A stretch of DNA of 64,000 nt from an archaeon GW2011_AR15 (lineage in GTDB: Archaea; Nanobdellota; Nanobdellia; Woesearchaeales; GW2011-AR15). The notes under the pieces were generated by a model. It had not been told where the DNA came from, did no database searches, and saw nothing but the letters and a program-made list of their open reading frames with translations. Position 1 is the first letter of the stretch. Each line of letters starts with the position of its first letter. The position numbers and the translations under genes were made by a program. Shown one piece after another: positions 32,039 through 40,723 of the stretch. The DNA lies in NCBI GenBank assembly GCA_000830295.1, contig CP010425.1:1024001-1088000 (forward strand). The letters run 5' to 3'.

Positions 32039-33418
32039 ATGACAAACAAAACCATGCTTACAGATGAATACCAGCTCACAATGATGGCATCATACCTTGA
32101 TAATAATATTGATGATAAGGCAACATTTGACATGTTTATCAGAGGGCTTCCTGAAGACTGGGGATACTTTATTGCAAACGGCATAGAAGATGCAATTGAT
32201 TATGCAACAAGCATCAAATTTAGTAAAGACGATATTGATTTCCTCAGAAGCCAGGGAAAATACAGTGAAGATTTCCTTGATTTCCTCAGGGGTTTTAGGT
32301 TTAATGGTGAGATATATTCTGTTAAAGAGGGAGAAATTGTCTTTCCAAACCAGCCGGTATTAAGAGTAACCGGCAGCAGAACAGAAGCCCAGTTTCTTGA
32401 AACTGCCATACTTAATATAATTAATTTCCAGACAATGGTTGCATCAAAGGCAAACAGGGTTGTGAATGCTGCCGGAGAATCAACAGTGCTTGATTTTGGC
32501 CTGAGAAGAGCCCAGGGTGAGGACGCGGGGATGGAGGGCGCAAGGGCAGCTTATATTGGCGGTGCTTCAGGCACCAGCAATGTAAAAGCAGGAAAAGAAT
32601 ATGGGATTCCAACTGGCGGGACTCAGGCCCACAGCTATGTAATGAGCTTTGATGATGAGGCGGATGCTTTCAGGGCATATGCAAAGACTTTTCCTGACAG
32701 GTCTGTCTTCCTTATTGATACATACAATACTCTTGAAGGTGCAGAAAAAGCGGCAATTGTAGCCAAGGAAATGGAAAAGCAGGGGCACAGGCTTGTCGGA
32801 GTCAGGCTGGATTCAGGAGACCTTGAAATGCTTTCAAAAGGCGTCAGAGACATATTCAACAGCCAAGGTCTTGGATATGTGAAAATATATGCAAGCAATG
32901 ACCTGAATGAATACAAGATTGAAGACCTGGTGAGGAATGGGGCAAAAATAGATGCTTTCGGTGTTGGGACAGAGATGATTACAGCAAAGCCGGTCTCCGC
33001 AATATCCGGAGTCTACAAGCTTGTTGAAGATACAGCAGGCCCAAAGATGAAATTTTCACCGGGAAAGGAAAGCAACCCAGGAAAGAAACAGATTTATAGG
33101 ATAAGTGATGAGAAAGGGACCTTCCTGTATGATGTAATGGCTCTTGAATCTGAAAAAATAGAAGGCAGGTCATTGCTTGAAAAAGTTGTTGAGAACGGAT
33201 ACAGAATAAGCCAGAGAAGAGACCTGAAAGAGATAAGGGAATATGCTCTTGATTCAGTAAGCAGGCTTCCTGACAGCCTGAAGCAGGTCAGAGTTGCAGA
33301 CAAGTATGAGGTAAGAAAATCAGAAGGCCTGACTAGCCTTATAGATGAGCTTGGGGAAAAATATCTCCAAAGCCTTCCTTTTTACAGCGTAGTTCATCCA
33401 ATTTCAATAAATCAATAA
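32039..33418 (+). CDS. pncB: Nicotinate phosphoribosyltransferase
   Basis: LTDEYQLTM, DFGLRR, GTSNV, GTQAHS, LIDTY, GVRLDSGD, GVYKL. Confidence 0.96.
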   Translation: MTNKTMLTDEYQLTMMASYLDNNIDDKATFDMFIRGLPEDWGYFIANGIEDAIDYATSIKFSKDDIDFLRSQGKYSEDFLDFLRGFRFNGEIYSVKEGEIVFPNQPVLRVTGSRTEAQFLETAILNIINFQTMVASKANRVVNAAGESTVLDFGLRRAQGEDAGMEGARAAYIGGASGTSNVKAGKEYGIPTGGTQAHSYVMSFDDEADAFRAYAKTFPDRSVFLIDTYNTLEGAEKAAIVAKEMEKQGHRLVGVRLDSGDLEMLSKGVRDIFNSQGLGYVKIYASNDLNEYKIEDLVRNGAKIDAFGVGTEMITAKPVSAISGVYKLVEDTAGPKMKFSPGKESNPGKKQIYRISDEKGTFLYDVMALESEKIEGRSLLEKVVENGYRISQRRDLKEIREYALDSVSRLPDSLKQVRVADKYEVRKSEGLTSLIDELGEKYLQSLPFYSVVHPISINQ

Positions 33419-33436
33419 GTGTAAAAAATACAATAA
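33416..33436 (+). promoter_or_regulatory. NrtR operator 4 (internal, after pncB)
   Basis: TAAGTGT-AAAAAAT-ACAATAA, near-identical to operator 3. Confidence 0.65.
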
Positions 33437-33448
33437 TAGGTGAAGCAA

Positions 33449-33964
33449 ATGAAAACAACATTGAACAAAGTTGTTAATGATAAAGGATTCAGGAAATATA
33501 CCACACATAAAGCAGAAGCCGGGGATATAATCACTTCTCCTGAGTTTGCTTTTGGGGAATACGGTGTTTTCTACGATGATGATAAGCACCTGAGGCTTGA
33601 CAAGTATAATATCAGTGTAGACGGGCACACAAGAACTCTGGAGGTGCAGTATTCAAACCCTGAGATACCGAGAGGGAAACCTGATGAACTGATAACAATA
33701 GATATTGCCGCGTATGACCCTTCTCGGGGAACGGCAAAATTCCTCGTTGAAGAGGCTTATCTTGGCGGCGGTTCAGGCCCTTGCAGCCATGATCCTTATC
33801 CTGATGGATGGAATGTAAAGGCAAGAAGGCTTTCAGATGATGCGTCATATGATCCAAAAGGCAAACTAATAGATTTCTACCAGAGCGGTTCTTTCACAAA
33901 CAAGGTCAGGGAAGTTACTGTAGTCGGGAAGATGGAGAAAATAATCGAGTGGAGAAAAAAATAG
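33449..33964 (+). CDS. Hypothetical protein in the NAD operon
   Basis: GGTGA SD then ATG at 33449; distinctive GGGSG..HDPYPDGW.V.ARRL and FYQSGSF segments. Confidence 0.75.
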   Translation: MKTTLNKVVNDKGFRKYTTHKAEAGDIITSPEFAFGEYGVFYDDDKHLRLDKYNISVDGHTRTLEVQYSNPEIPRGKPDELITIDIAAYDPSRGTAKFLVEEAYLGGGSGPCSHDPYPDGWNVKARRLSDDASYDPKGKLIDFYQSGSFTNKVREVTVVGKMEKIIEWRKK

Positions 33965-33980
33965 CAAGGAGGTAAACAAG

Positions 33981-34601
33981 ATGAAAACAATAGCATGGAA
34001 TGTAGATACACAATACGACTTTATGCGTGCTGACGGGAAACTATATGTGCAGGATGCAGAAAAGATTGAGGGAAACCTTGAGAAACTGACAAACCTTTTC
34101 AGAAAAAAAGGGACAGCAATAGTAAATACAGGGGACTGGCATAATGAGCATACTGCTGAAATTTCAGATACACCTGATTTTGTCAATACCTTTCCGGAGC
34201 ACTGCATGCAGAATACACATGGAGCGGATTATGTCGGCGCAACCAAGCCAGCAAATGCGCTCTATGTCGACTGGCAGGATGAAAAGGCTGACCTTGATGC
34301 AATTGCAGGAGCAAAAGAGATTGTAATATACAAGGACATGTTCGATGTCTTTGCAGGAAACCCGCACACTGACAAAATTGTTGATGCACTGGGCCCGGAC
34401 AGGGTAATCGTATATGGTGTTGCAACGAATGTCTGCGTCAATTATGCTGTAAGAGGGCATCTGGAAAGAGGGCTTGAAGTCTATGTCGTAGAGGATGCAA
34501 TAAAAGAGCTCCCAAATATACCTTCACCAGTTGATGGCTGGGTAAAGGCAGGAGCCAGACTGATCAGAACAGAAGATGCAGTTAATTACATCGGAGGTTA
34601 A
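33981..34601 (+). CDS. pncA: Nicotinamidase (isochorismatase family)
   Basis: VDTQYDF, DWH, FPEHC, K, GVATNVCV catalytic set. Confidence 0.93.
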   Translation: MKTIAWNVDTQYDFMRADGKLYVQDAEKIEGNLEKLTNLFRKKGTAIVNTGDWHNEHTAEISDTPDFVNTFPEHCMQNTHGADYVGATKPANALYVDWQDEKADLDAIAGAKEIVIYKDMFDVFAGNPHTDKIVDALGPDRVIVYGVATNVCVNYAVRGHLERGLEVYVVEDAIKELPNIPSPVDGWVKAGARLIRTEDAVNYIGG

Positions 34602-34602
34602 A

Positions 34603-35535
34603 ATGCTCGAACAAAAAATACTGCTGGCACAAATGGATCCTGAAACTGTAAGCGATGAGATAGGCGACTTTGTCATACAACAGGTAAAGGAGGGGGATTA
34701 TATAGGATGTGTTATAGGGCTATCAGGAGGCATTGATTCCACAACCACAGCTACACTGATAAAAAGAGCGTTTGACAGGCATAATCTCAGAAGAAAACGG
34801 AACAAGCTTGAGATTGTGGGGTATATCATGCCTTCAGATATCAATAACCCTGAAGATGCGAGAGACGGCATAAGGGTCGCAGAAAACCTTGGGGTAAGAT
34901 ATGAGGTTCTGGATATAAACGGCGTTGTAGAAGCATACAGGACAACAAATCCCGAAGCATTTGATGTAGAATACCACAAAGGAAACCTTATGTCTAGGAT
35001 TAGGGGGAACATCCTTTCCACAAAAGCAGCTACAGAAAGGAAACTTGTTGCCGGCACTGGAAACTGGGATGAAGATTTCGGCCTGGGATACTATACTTTA
35101 TTCGGCGACGGGGCTGTACACATGAGCCCAATCGGCAATCTTCCAAAGAGGCTTGTAAGAGAGATGGCAAAATATCTTGGCATTGATTCCTATTTTGTCA
35201 ACAGGGAGCCTACTGCAGGGCTTGAGCCCGGCCAGACAGACTTTAAGGATCTGGGCTACAGCTATGACACGGCTGAATTAATTATAAGAGGCCTGGAGCT
35301 TGGCATTGACCCACGGGACTTGGCTGATTATTCCCAGGTAAAAAAACAGATTGAACCAGAAATCAGCTATAAGGGAGCCAAATTCACTTCTGCATATGAG
35401 ATTATAGAAGACATAATGCAGAGACACATTGTTGCAGAGGCTAAGGCAGGTATTGTCAGCCCTCCTGCAGCGCCTGTATCCCTATACTACGGCAAAGAGA
35501 TCTGGAGGACAATAAAAAAGGTAGAGAGGGAATAA
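34603..35535 (+). CDS. nadE: NH3-dependent NAD+ synthetase
   Basis: GLSGGIDS, GNLMSRIR, GYYTLFGDG, PTAGL..GQTD; GGAGGT SD before 34603. Confidence 0.94.
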   Translation: MLEQKILLAQMDPETVSDEIGDFVIQQVKEGDYIGCVIGLSGGIDSTTTATLIKRAFDRHNLRRKRNKLEIVGYIMPSDINNPEDARDGIRVAENLGVRYEVLDINGVVEAYRTTNPEAFDVEYHKGNLMSRIRGNILSTKAATERKLVAGTGNWDEDFGLGYYTLFGDGAVHMSPIGNLPKRLVREMAKYLGIDSYFVNREPTAGLEPGQTDFKDLGYSYDTAELIIRGLELGIDPRDLADYSQVKKQIEPEISYKGAKFTSAYEIIEDIMQRHIVAEAKAGIVSPPAAPVSLYYGKEIWRTIKKVERE

Positions 35536-35536
35536 A

Positions 35537-35986
35537 ATGACAAAACCAACACAGCTCTATGTAGCTACAACCCTCATAATAAAGCATGAGGATAAGTACG
35601 TGCTTATAGAAAGAAAAAACCCGCCGTACGGCTTTGCCCTTCCCGGAGGCTTTCTCGAGCCAAACCTGACTGGGGTAAAAAATGGAGAAAAAGAAGCCAA
35701 AGAAGAGACGAATCTAGAGATCCTGATTCATAACCCCTATACTCCAATAGTCTTCTCATCTCCTGATAGAGATCCCAGAAGCAGAGTAGTTGATCTTATT
35801 TACATAGCTACAGGAACGGGCAAGCTGGCTGCCGGAGATGATGCAAAGGCAGTCCATGAATTCTGGCCTGATGAGATAGAGAAAATGTTTGGCAAGAACA
35901 AATTTGCCTTTGACCATGAAGACATACTAAAACACTATTTTTCAAGGAGGATGTTCTATGACTATTCCGGCAACGATAGAAGGTAG
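35537..35986 (+). CDS. Nudix hydrolase (ADP-ribose pyrophosphatase-like)
   Basis: ALPGGF...KEAKEETNL, RDPR, AGDDA, AFDH. Confidence 0.88.
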   Translation: MTKPTQLYVATTLIIKHEDKYVLIERKNPPYGFALPGGFLEPNLTGVKNGEKEAKEETNLEILIHNPYTPIVFSSPDRDPRSRVVDLIYIATGTGKLAAGDDAKAVHEFWPDEIEKMFGKNKFAFDHEDILKHYFSRRMFYDYSGNDRR

Positions 35987-36602
35987 AGTAGGGACAATCG
36001 CGAGGTTTAAGCCTCTCCATATGGGGGCCCAGCTTATGCTTGAAACCATATGCTCACAGGCAGGTGAAGTCATAATCGGAATCGGAAGCTCAAATAAGTA
36101 TGATGTAAGAAATCCTTTTACTGCTGAGGAAACAGAGGAGATGATACGCAGGGCTCTCTCAGGATATGATAACTATTCTGTTGTCCACGTCCCTGATTTT
36201 GCCCACCTCGGCCCTGAATATCAGGATGGCCAGGCATGGAGGAAGAATGTTCTCAGGTTGTTTGGAGAGCTGGATTATTTCATAGTGGAGAACGGCTATG
36301 TAAAAAAACTGCTTGAAGAGGATTATAAAATTGCAAGACCTTCCAGCCTTATTCCTAAAGAGAGCCAGATAATGGTCAGCGGGACAATGGTCAGGGTTGA
36401 AATGGCAAAAAATGGCGACTGGAAAAGTCTTGTTTCAAAAGAAGTAGCGGATTATCTGACTGAGCCCGGCAAAGCTGGAAGCTATGAAAATCTTGTTGAC
36501 AGATTTAGAAAAGAATTCGGGCTTGAAACTCTGGCCAGCATGGCAACTGAGGGGATCTATGCCAGGGATGCTGAAACAGAATACAGGAGGACACTGGTGT
36601 AA
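35958..36602 (+). CDS. nadM: NadM-like NMN/NaMN adenylyltransferase
   Basis: ARFKPLHMGA, GIGSS, NPFTAEE, VSGTMVR, WKSLV. Confidence 0.8.
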   Translation: MTIPATIEGRVGTIARFKPLHMGAQLMLETICSQAGEVIIGIGSSNKYDVRNPFTAEETEEMIRRALSGYDNYSVVHVPDFAHLGPEYQDGQAWRKNVLRLFGELDYFIVENGYVKKLLEEDYKIARPSSLIPKESQIMVSGTMVRVEMAKNGDWKSLVSKEVADYLTEPGKAGSYENLVDRFRKEFGLETLASMATEGIYARDAETEYRRTLV

Positions 36603-36603
36603 A

Positions 36604-37383
36604 ATGGCAAAAATAGGGAATTATGAAATCATAAAGGAAATAGCAATTGACAGCAAAGGGGAACCTGTTGGCGGAATGGGAAGGATATTCCAGGCAAAGC
36701 ATATCTATCTGGATGAGCTTGCATGCATAAAGCAGAACAAGGCAAAAGAGTTCGAGGATGTGCTTTACAACGAGGCAAAAATACTCTGGAGGCTCAACGA
36801 ACACCATTCAATACCTACTGTAAAGGATTTCTTTCCTGTTGCTGATTCATATGTCATGGTAATGGATTACATAGACGGCCCTACCCTTGACTCTCTTATT
36901 GAGAAGAATTCAAGAATGCATCCTGAAGATGCATCCTGGATTACCGAACGGCTTCTTTCAGCACTGCAGTATTCTACTTACAAGGGGATTGTTCATGGCG
37001 ACATAAAACCTGGGAACCTTTTCATTGAAGCAAAACATCATGATGTAAAACTCATAGACTGGGGCCTTGCCTCATACAAGCCCAAAAGTACCAGCAAACA
37101 GATGGGATATACCCCGAGATATGTAGCTCCTGAGATAAGGGATGGCAAGTCGCCTATTCCTGAATCCGATGTCTATGGTACGGGAATGATCATGCTCTAT
37201 GCATTGGGAGGTGATGTTGACAGCAAGGAGTTCAGGGACGAGACTCCTGAGCCGATAAAAGAATTCTGCAGCAGGCTAATAAGATATGACCCTATGCAGA
37301 GACCAAGCCTGGAAAAGGAGAACTTGGCAAAAGCTTTGTCAGACATAAGAGAACAGGTCTTTGGAAGAAGACACATGAAATAA
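36604..37383 (+). CDS. Hanks-type Ser/Thr protein kinase (soluble, stand-alone)
   Basis: GGMGRIF, ACIK, HGDIKPGN, DWG, YVAPE, DVYGTG, RP; start at ATG 36604. Confidence 0.92.
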   Translation: MAKIGNYEIIKEIAIDSKGEPVGGMGRIFQAKHIYLDELACIKQNKAKEFEDVLYNEAKILWRLNEHHSIPTVKDFFPVADSYVMVMDYIDGPTLDSLIEKNSRMHPEDASWITERLLSALQYSTYKGIVHGDIKPGNLFIEAKHHDVKLIDWGLASYKPKSTSKQMGYTPRYVAPEIRDGKSPIPESDVYGTGMIMLYALGGDVDSKEFRDETPEPIKEFCSRLIRYDPMQRPSLEKENLAKALSDIREQVFGRRHMK

Positions 37384-37399
37384 TATGAGGTTGATAAAA

Positions 37400-38362
37400 A
37401 TGTATTCGTGGAGCGGAGATACAACAAACTGGAGAGGAGCAGGGGCGTATAAATTTGACAAAAACCCCTACAAAGCCGATCCGAGAGCAAAAAAGGCGAG
37501 GACATATTCCTCAAGCAGCACGCCAAACATGAAGATGGTGGACCCTAAAGATAAAGAAATTGAATCCTACAGTGCAAACCCAATACTTGTAGGCGTGGAT
37601 GTTACTGGCTCAATGGCCAGCTGGCCTGGTGAGATATTTGACAGGCTGCCGCTTTTTGCAACAACACTTGCGCAGTACAGGGATGACGCGGAGTTTTGCT
37701 TTGCTGCAATAGGGGATGCAACCTGCGACAGCTATCCATTGCAGGTAAATAAGTTTGGGAAAGGGATTGACCTTGAGGATCACATAAAGGCGCTTGGCGC
37801 TGAAGGAGGCGGAGGAGGACAGATAAAAGAAAGCTATGAGTTATTCGGCTATTACATGCTGAACAATGTCAAAACTCCAAATGCACTTTCGCCATTCCTT
37901 TTCATCCTGGGAGACGAAATGTTCTACCCTGCTGTGAATCCTGATCAGGTTGAGCATTATATCGGTTCAACTTTGCAGTCAGGAATAGATTCTCTTGGGC
38001 TATGGGCTGCCTTGTCGCAGAAATACAATATGTTCTTCCTGCAGAAGCCTTATGGCCATGGGGGAGAGGCAAGTGTAGATGCTGAAGTGAGGAAAGCCTG
38101 GGAAAAGGCCCTGGGAAAAGAAAGAGTGATACAGCTTCCCAGCATGGAAAGGACTGTTGACATAATGATGGGGATTGTAGCCAAAAGCTGGGGAAAATAT
38201 GATGACTTTAGCCTAAGCCTTGGGGCCAGGCAGCCAGATGATGAGCAGACCAAAGTCCATATGTCAATAAGGTATCTTCCGGACGGCACAACTGAACATT
38301 CGGTTATGGATGCTAAAGGAAGCACAAAAACCAAGTCACTGCTCGATCTTGGCAGCAAATAA
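37400..38362 (+). CDS. vWA (MIDAS) domain protein
   Basis: VGVDVTGSM, AIGDA..D..PLQV, EGGGGGQ..ESYEL, FILGDE. Confidence 0.82.
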   Translation: MYSWSGDTTNWRGAGAYKFDKNPYKADPRAKKARTYSSSSTPNMKMVDPKDKEIESYSANPILVGVDVTGSMASWPGEIFDRLPLFATTLAQYRDDAEFCFAAIGDATCDSYPLQVNKFGKGIDLEDHIKALGAEGGGGGQIKESYELFGYYMLNNVKTPNALSPFLFILGDEMFYPAVNPDQVEHYIGSTLQSGIDSLGLWAALSQKYNMFFLQKPYGHGGEASVDAEVRKAWEKALGKERVIQLPSMERTVDIMMGIVAKSWGKYDDFSLSLGARQPDDEQTKVHMSIRYLPDGTTEHSVMDAKGSTKTKSLLDLGSK

Positions 38363-38391
38363 ATTTTTTATTTTTATTTTTGGAGGGAAAA

Positions 38392-39294
38392 ATGAAAACA
38401 AAAGCCATTGTAACAATGCCACCATACGCCGGATACTTAAGCGATGTTGTGAAGCACCCCATTGTCTCAGGCATAAGGCTGAATACTGTAATGCCAACCA
38501 AGGAAAAGCTAGAAGACATGCTTAAAAGGCTTAATAATGCCACCGGAGATAAAGATCTGTGGATTGACCTTAAAGGCAGACAGCTCAGGACAAAGGGATA
38601 CTGGGTTCCGCCATTCACTGAAATACAGCTGACTCACACAATAAAGGTCGATACACCAGCAACTGCTGTTTTCAGTGACGGGAAGGAGTACGCAACAATA
38701 CTGGAGGTTGACGGGAACCGCCTGATAATGCAGGAAGGCCCAAGAAGGGTTGTCGGCCCCGGGGAATCCCTTAACATAAGGGGTAAAAACCTCTCAATTG
38801 ACGGCTATTTTACAGAGACGGATTTTAGGTATATTGAGGCAGGACAAAAGACAGGAACCAAAAAATACATGCTTTCTTTTGTAGAGTCAAAAACAGACAT
38901 AGATTTATTAAAAAAATTATATTCCGAAGCTGAGATTATTGCAAAAATCGAGTCAAAGAAAGGGCTTGATTATGTAATGAGAAGCTGGAACAATGATGCA
39001 AGGCTGATGGCAGCCAGGGGAGACCTGTATCTTGAGCTGGATATGCCTCATGACATAATAAAAGCTTCAGAGTCCATAATCCGGAAAGACAAGGATGCAA
39101 TTGTCGCCTCAAGGATATTTGACTCATTGTCCTATCAGGAGGAAATAAGCAGCCAGGATATCGGCGATGTTGACAGCCTTATGAGGATGGGATACAGGAA
39201 TTTCATGTTCGGTGATTACATATGCATGCACAAGGAATCCATAATGAGCGGCCTGAACCTGCTTTACAGGATGGCGGAGAGCTATGAAAAATGA
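38392..39294 (+). CDS. Pyruvate-kinase-like protein (barrel plus B domain, no C domain)
   Basis: GIRLN, DLKGRQLR, LSFVE, AKIES, MAARGDL; about 300 aa. Confidence 0.8.
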   Translation: MKTKAIVTMPPYAGYLSDVVKHPIVSGIRLNTVMPTKEKLEDMLKRLNNATGDKDLWIDLKGRQLRTKGYWVPPFTEIQLTHTIKVDTPATAVFSDGKEYATILEVDGNRLIMQEGPRRVVGPGESLNIRGKNLSIDGYFTETDFRYIEAGQKTGTKKYMLSFVESKTDIDLLKKLYSEAEIIAKIESKKGLDYVMRSWNNDARLMAARGDLYLELDMPHDIIKASESIIRKDKDAIVASRIFDSLSYQEEISSQDIGDVDSLMRMGYRNFMFGDYICMHKESIMSGLNLLYRMAESYEK

Positions 39295-40160
39295 ATAATG
39301 TACTCGTAGTGTATAAGAAAAGCACTTTTGAGCTTTATGGCAATTCTCCTGACGGGAAAACCCGGGAGTATGTCCGGGATAACCTTGAATATCTTAAAAA
39401 AAGCCATGATTCGCAGCAGAAAACTCTTGAGACTGTAGCAGACGAGCTTAACCAAAGAAACATAAAAAACCACGTAATATACAGAGCTGATTTAAAAGAA
39501 TTAAGCGGAGAGCTGAAGAAACTAAACGGATATGATCTTATTGTGAGCGTAGGAGGGGACGGCACCTTATTGGAGGTGTCCCATTATGTGACAGATATTC
39601 CTGTATTGGGAGTTAATTCCGACAGCAGCGGAAGCACGGGATATTTCAGTATGGCAAATTCAGGGAATTTTGGCTATTTAATTGATAATTTCAGTAATAC
39701 AAAAATGACAAGACTGAACAGGCTTGAAATAATGCTAAACAGGGAGATATTGCCTGAGCTGGTGCTCAATGACATATTAATAGCCCATTCAAATCCTGCC
39801 GCAAATACGAGGTTTAAGCTATATATGAACAATCAGGAAGAGATGTTCAGAAACAGCAGCGGTGTGCTTATATGCACTCCCGCAGGGTCAACTGCATTCA
39901 TGTATCAGGAAAACGGCAATATCATGCCTATTGATTTTGGGTATATGCAGTATCACATAAGAAGCAACAGGAAAGAGCACGATATGTTCAGATTTGCTGG
40001 CAAACTGGAGATAGAATCACTGACAAGGGAAGGTGGGATATGGATAGATGGAGAGCACCTGAGGTACGATTTTGCTCTTGGAGACAAAATTAAGATATAT
40101 ATGGGCCAGCCGCTCCAGCTGGTCGGTGATTTAGAGGAAAAGAGAAAACACTTTAAATAA
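39291..40160 (+). CDS. nadK: NAD+ kinase
   Basis: GGDGTLL, LND, TPAGSTAF, IDGE. Confidence 0.9.
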   Translation: MNNVLVVYKKSTFELYGNSPDGKTREYVRDNLEYLKKSHDSQQKTLETVADELNQRNIKNHVIYRADLKELSGELKKLNGYDLIVSVGGDGTLLEVSHYVTDIPVLGVNSDSSGSTGYFSMANSGNFGYLIDNFSNTKMTRLNRLEIMLNREILPELVLNDILIAHSNPAANTRFKLYMNNQEEMFRNSSGVLICTPAGSTAFMYQENGNIMPIDFGYMQYHIRSNRKEHDMFRFAGKLEIESLTREGGIWIDGEHLRYDFALGDKIKIYMGQPLQLVGDLEEKRKHFK

Positions 40161-40180
40161 AGGCGTTGTTCTCAGTTAAA

Positions 40181-40723
40181 ATGGATTTGAGAAAATTCAG
40201 CAGGAAAGAAGTAATCTCTTTCATAATTTTATCTATAATTGCAGTCCTGATCCTTGCCACTTTCAGGGGCGCAAGGGCAACCCTATTTGTTCTTGGATTC
40301 ATCATTTTCAGCGTTATCCTGACATTATACAAGAGGTATTTCTATATCCCCATAGAATTTGAGATTATATCTCTGGGAATAGTGCTCTGCTCTGTTGAGT
40401 ACGGCCTGGCTGCAGGGCTCATAGTTGCATTAGTCGGCGGGATAGCATACACTATATACTGCACGAGCTTCAGTCCTTTTACTGTGCCCATGCTGTTCGG
40501 CTACAGCCTGATGGCTTTTCTTGCCTCTTTCTTCCCGCAGGCAAACATAACCTACCTTGGGATTGCAGTCAATGTAATCCACAACATTTTTGTGTTCTCA
40601 ATATACCATTTTGCATTTAGATACGACCCATTTAAGAATATCATGTACAGCGGGACAAACATACTGATAAATATCCTGCTGTTCTCTAATGTTGCACCCT
40701 TCTTATCTGCAATAATGGGATAA
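40181..40723 (+). CDS. Integral membrane protein (ECF S-component-like)
   Basis: About six TM segments, YGLAAGLIVALVG pattern. Confidence 0.55.
   Translation: MDLRKFSRKEVISFIILSIIAVLILATFRGARATLFVLGFIIFSVILTLYKRYFYIPIEFEIISLGIVLCSVEYGLAAGLIVALVGGIAYTIYCTSFSPFTVPMLFGYSLMAFLASFFPQANITYLGIAVNVIHNIFVFSIYHFAFRYDPFKNIMYSGTNILINILLFSNVAPFLSAIMG

Noticed and set aside
36484-36603. N-terminal extensions in the ORF track (kinase; also srp54, tktA, lspA, rpl31e, nadE)
   Set aside because: They overlap upstream genes or promoters; downstream ATGs fit family starts and SD positions better
29700-40200. NAD island as a prophage or integrative element
   Set aside because: No integrase, transposase, structural genes or flanking direct repeats seen
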